DNA of 20,958 nt from Octopus sinensis. Its lineage: Eukaryota. The DNA lies in the NCBI RefSeq assembly GCF_006345805.1, contig NW_021823740.1, forward strand, positions 1 to 20,958, given 5' to 3'. The number at the start of each line of letters is the position of its first letter. The stretch's first letter is position 1. Positions 19,602 through 20,958 of this stretch are shown here, in pieces. Position numbers and translations under genes: made by a program. Below the pieces are notes generated by a model. That model was not told where the DNA came from. It made no database searches and worked only from the letters and a program-made list of their open reading frames with translations.

Positions 19602-20049
19602 TTGCAAACAACGTGTTATGTCTCCGGTAATTTTATTTCATGTAAATAAATCTTATTTAGCTATAATTTTAGCACACCTTACAACCACCTGTGTTTAATG
19701 CAAATGCGATAAACACATTACAATTCTTAACAGAAGGATTTAGAAGAATTAGATGAAAGTTCTCCGGTAATTTTCCTTCATGTAAACAAATGTTTATGTT
19801 AATTTAAAAGAGAAAAACAGTTTTAAATCTCTGAGCAAGATGCTGGCAACTAAACTTTAATTTAAAAGATTTATCCAAAACATCTTATTTAGCTGTTATT
19901 TTTAGCACACCTCACAGCTATCTCATCGCTCAGTGACAAAAAGAAACAAACATTAACCTAGACGGAGAGTTGCTGTCTGCCAGTAGAGAGGGAAAGAGTA
20001 AAGAATGCACGGTGCTGACTAGAAAGGAAGAAAGGATAAAGGTGGCCCT

Positions 20050-20118
20050 GCTCTGATTGGCTGTATGCAAATGAGTTCATTACTGGGATCCGGAACTCGC
20101 GTGGGAAAAAAATTTCGC
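20050..20118 (-). repeat. Inverted copy of the octamer/CCAAT block at 18732-18802
   Basis: GCTCTGATTGGCTGTATGCAAATGAGTTCATTACTGGGATCCGGAACTCGCGTGGGAAAAAAATTTCGC; roughly 87% identical by manual alignment. Confidence 0.85.
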
Positions 20119-20298
20119 CGGTAGGACACCGGACTGTCGCAAGATTACTCATTTTTGCCGGCTGAGTGGACAGGAGAAACGTGAAATGAAGTGTTTTTCT
20201 CAACAACAACGCGTCGTCCGGTCCAGAAATCGAGAGCACAATCTCATGATCATGAGTGCAATACCCTAACCACTAACCACTAAGCCACGCGCCTCCAC
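20119..20298 (-). mobile_element. tRNA-derived SINE family D, 5' half
   Basis: Minus-strand head GTGGAGGCGCGTGGCTTAGTGGTTAG (A-box TGGCTTAGTGG) and a degenerate B-box CTCGATTTC, followed by CACTTCATTTCACGTT...CCACTCAGCCGGCAAAAATGAGTA. Confidence 0.7.
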
Positions 20299-20370
20299 AA
20301 CGTAAAGACGGATGAAATGCCGCTAAGCATTTTGTCCGGCGTGCTAACGACTCTGCCGGCTCGCCGCCTT
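20299..20370 (-). mobile_element. 5' head of SINE family B, abutting the family D head
   Basis: AACGTAAAGACGGATGAAATGCCGCTAAGCATTTTGTCCGGCGTGCTAACGACTCTGCCGGCTCGCCGCCTT parallels 2659-2727. Confidence 0.8.
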
Positions 20371-20469
20371 TGCCTGTGGGCAGACACGGATGGAACGTCT
20401 TTAACAATATGCCTGCTCCATCAATTCCGTTTGTCTTTATAATTCCTAACAAAACAAGAGCGTGTATTG

Positions 20470-20940
20470 TCTATGCTAGAAATAGCAGCCAAATCTCCCA
20501 CAACTCACACATTTTACCCCCTTAAAATGATAAAAGAAAAAAGCAACATATGGGATATAGTTGACCCTGAGGCATTCTGCTTGCAATATAAGATGGGATG
20601 ATCATGGTTGGGGCGCTTTTTATCATATGTCTGCTGAATTAGAATTGACTGCAGGCTAAATAAACAGCACAACACTTTTATCATATGCCGGCTCTAATCA
20701 AGCTTTGACCCTGGGTTAAACAGCAACAACACCTTTGATCATATGCCCGTTCCATAAGGCCTAACCTGGGGTTAAACACACAAAAAATAACAAACAACCA
20801 GTCTTTGATCATATATCTGTTCAATTAGGACTGACCTGGGGCTAAACAACAGCAGTCGCGACAGTTCTGATTAAATGGCTGTTCCATTAAGCCTGACCTG
20901 GGGGTGAAACAACAACAACATCAACAACTACATCAACAAC
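20470..20940 (+). repeat. Probable retroposon 3' region followed by a degenerate tandem array of ~58-70-bp tail units
   Basis: Unit is CTTTGATCATAT...TGACCTGGGG(C/T)TAAAC-(AAC)n, anchored at 20623, 20681, 20739, 20809 and ~20870. Confidence 0.75.
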
Positions 20941-20958
20941 AAAATAAAGAAGTTAAGA

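Noticed and set aside
20615-20940. CRISPR-like repeat-spacer array
   Set aside because: Eukaryotic context and no cas genes. Units are degenerate, and the variable parts are homologous to each other rather than unique spacers.

Overview
AT-rich eukaryotic non-coding DNA made almost entirely of microsatellites and mobile-element remnants. No host-gene exon or intact CDS is supported. The SINE families and repeat landscape look like an octopus (cephalopod) genome; this is my recognition, not a database result. Elements: a full-length Tc1/mariner DD41D (rosa/Visitor-type) transposon with TIRs and TA TSD (6-1271); several tRNA-derived SINE families, some with clear TSDs; RTE-clade LINE relics (8.8-9.0 kb and 10.6-12.7 kb); a non-autonomous Helitron (17070-18278); and a ~2.75 kb (GAT)n/(GGN)n triplet array. 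The most interesting signal is seven hammerhead-ribozyme-like folds from five unrelated sequence families between 4.5 and 16.5 kb. Each has the short self-complementary helix III typical of Penelope-like-element (PLE) hammerheads. One is fully canonical (10339-10424). Four lie as outward-facing pairs inside long palindromes abutting (TA)n tracts. One family has a non-canonical GUGAACA core that swaps the C3-G8 tertiary pair to G3-C8. All folds were found by eye; self-cleavage is untested.
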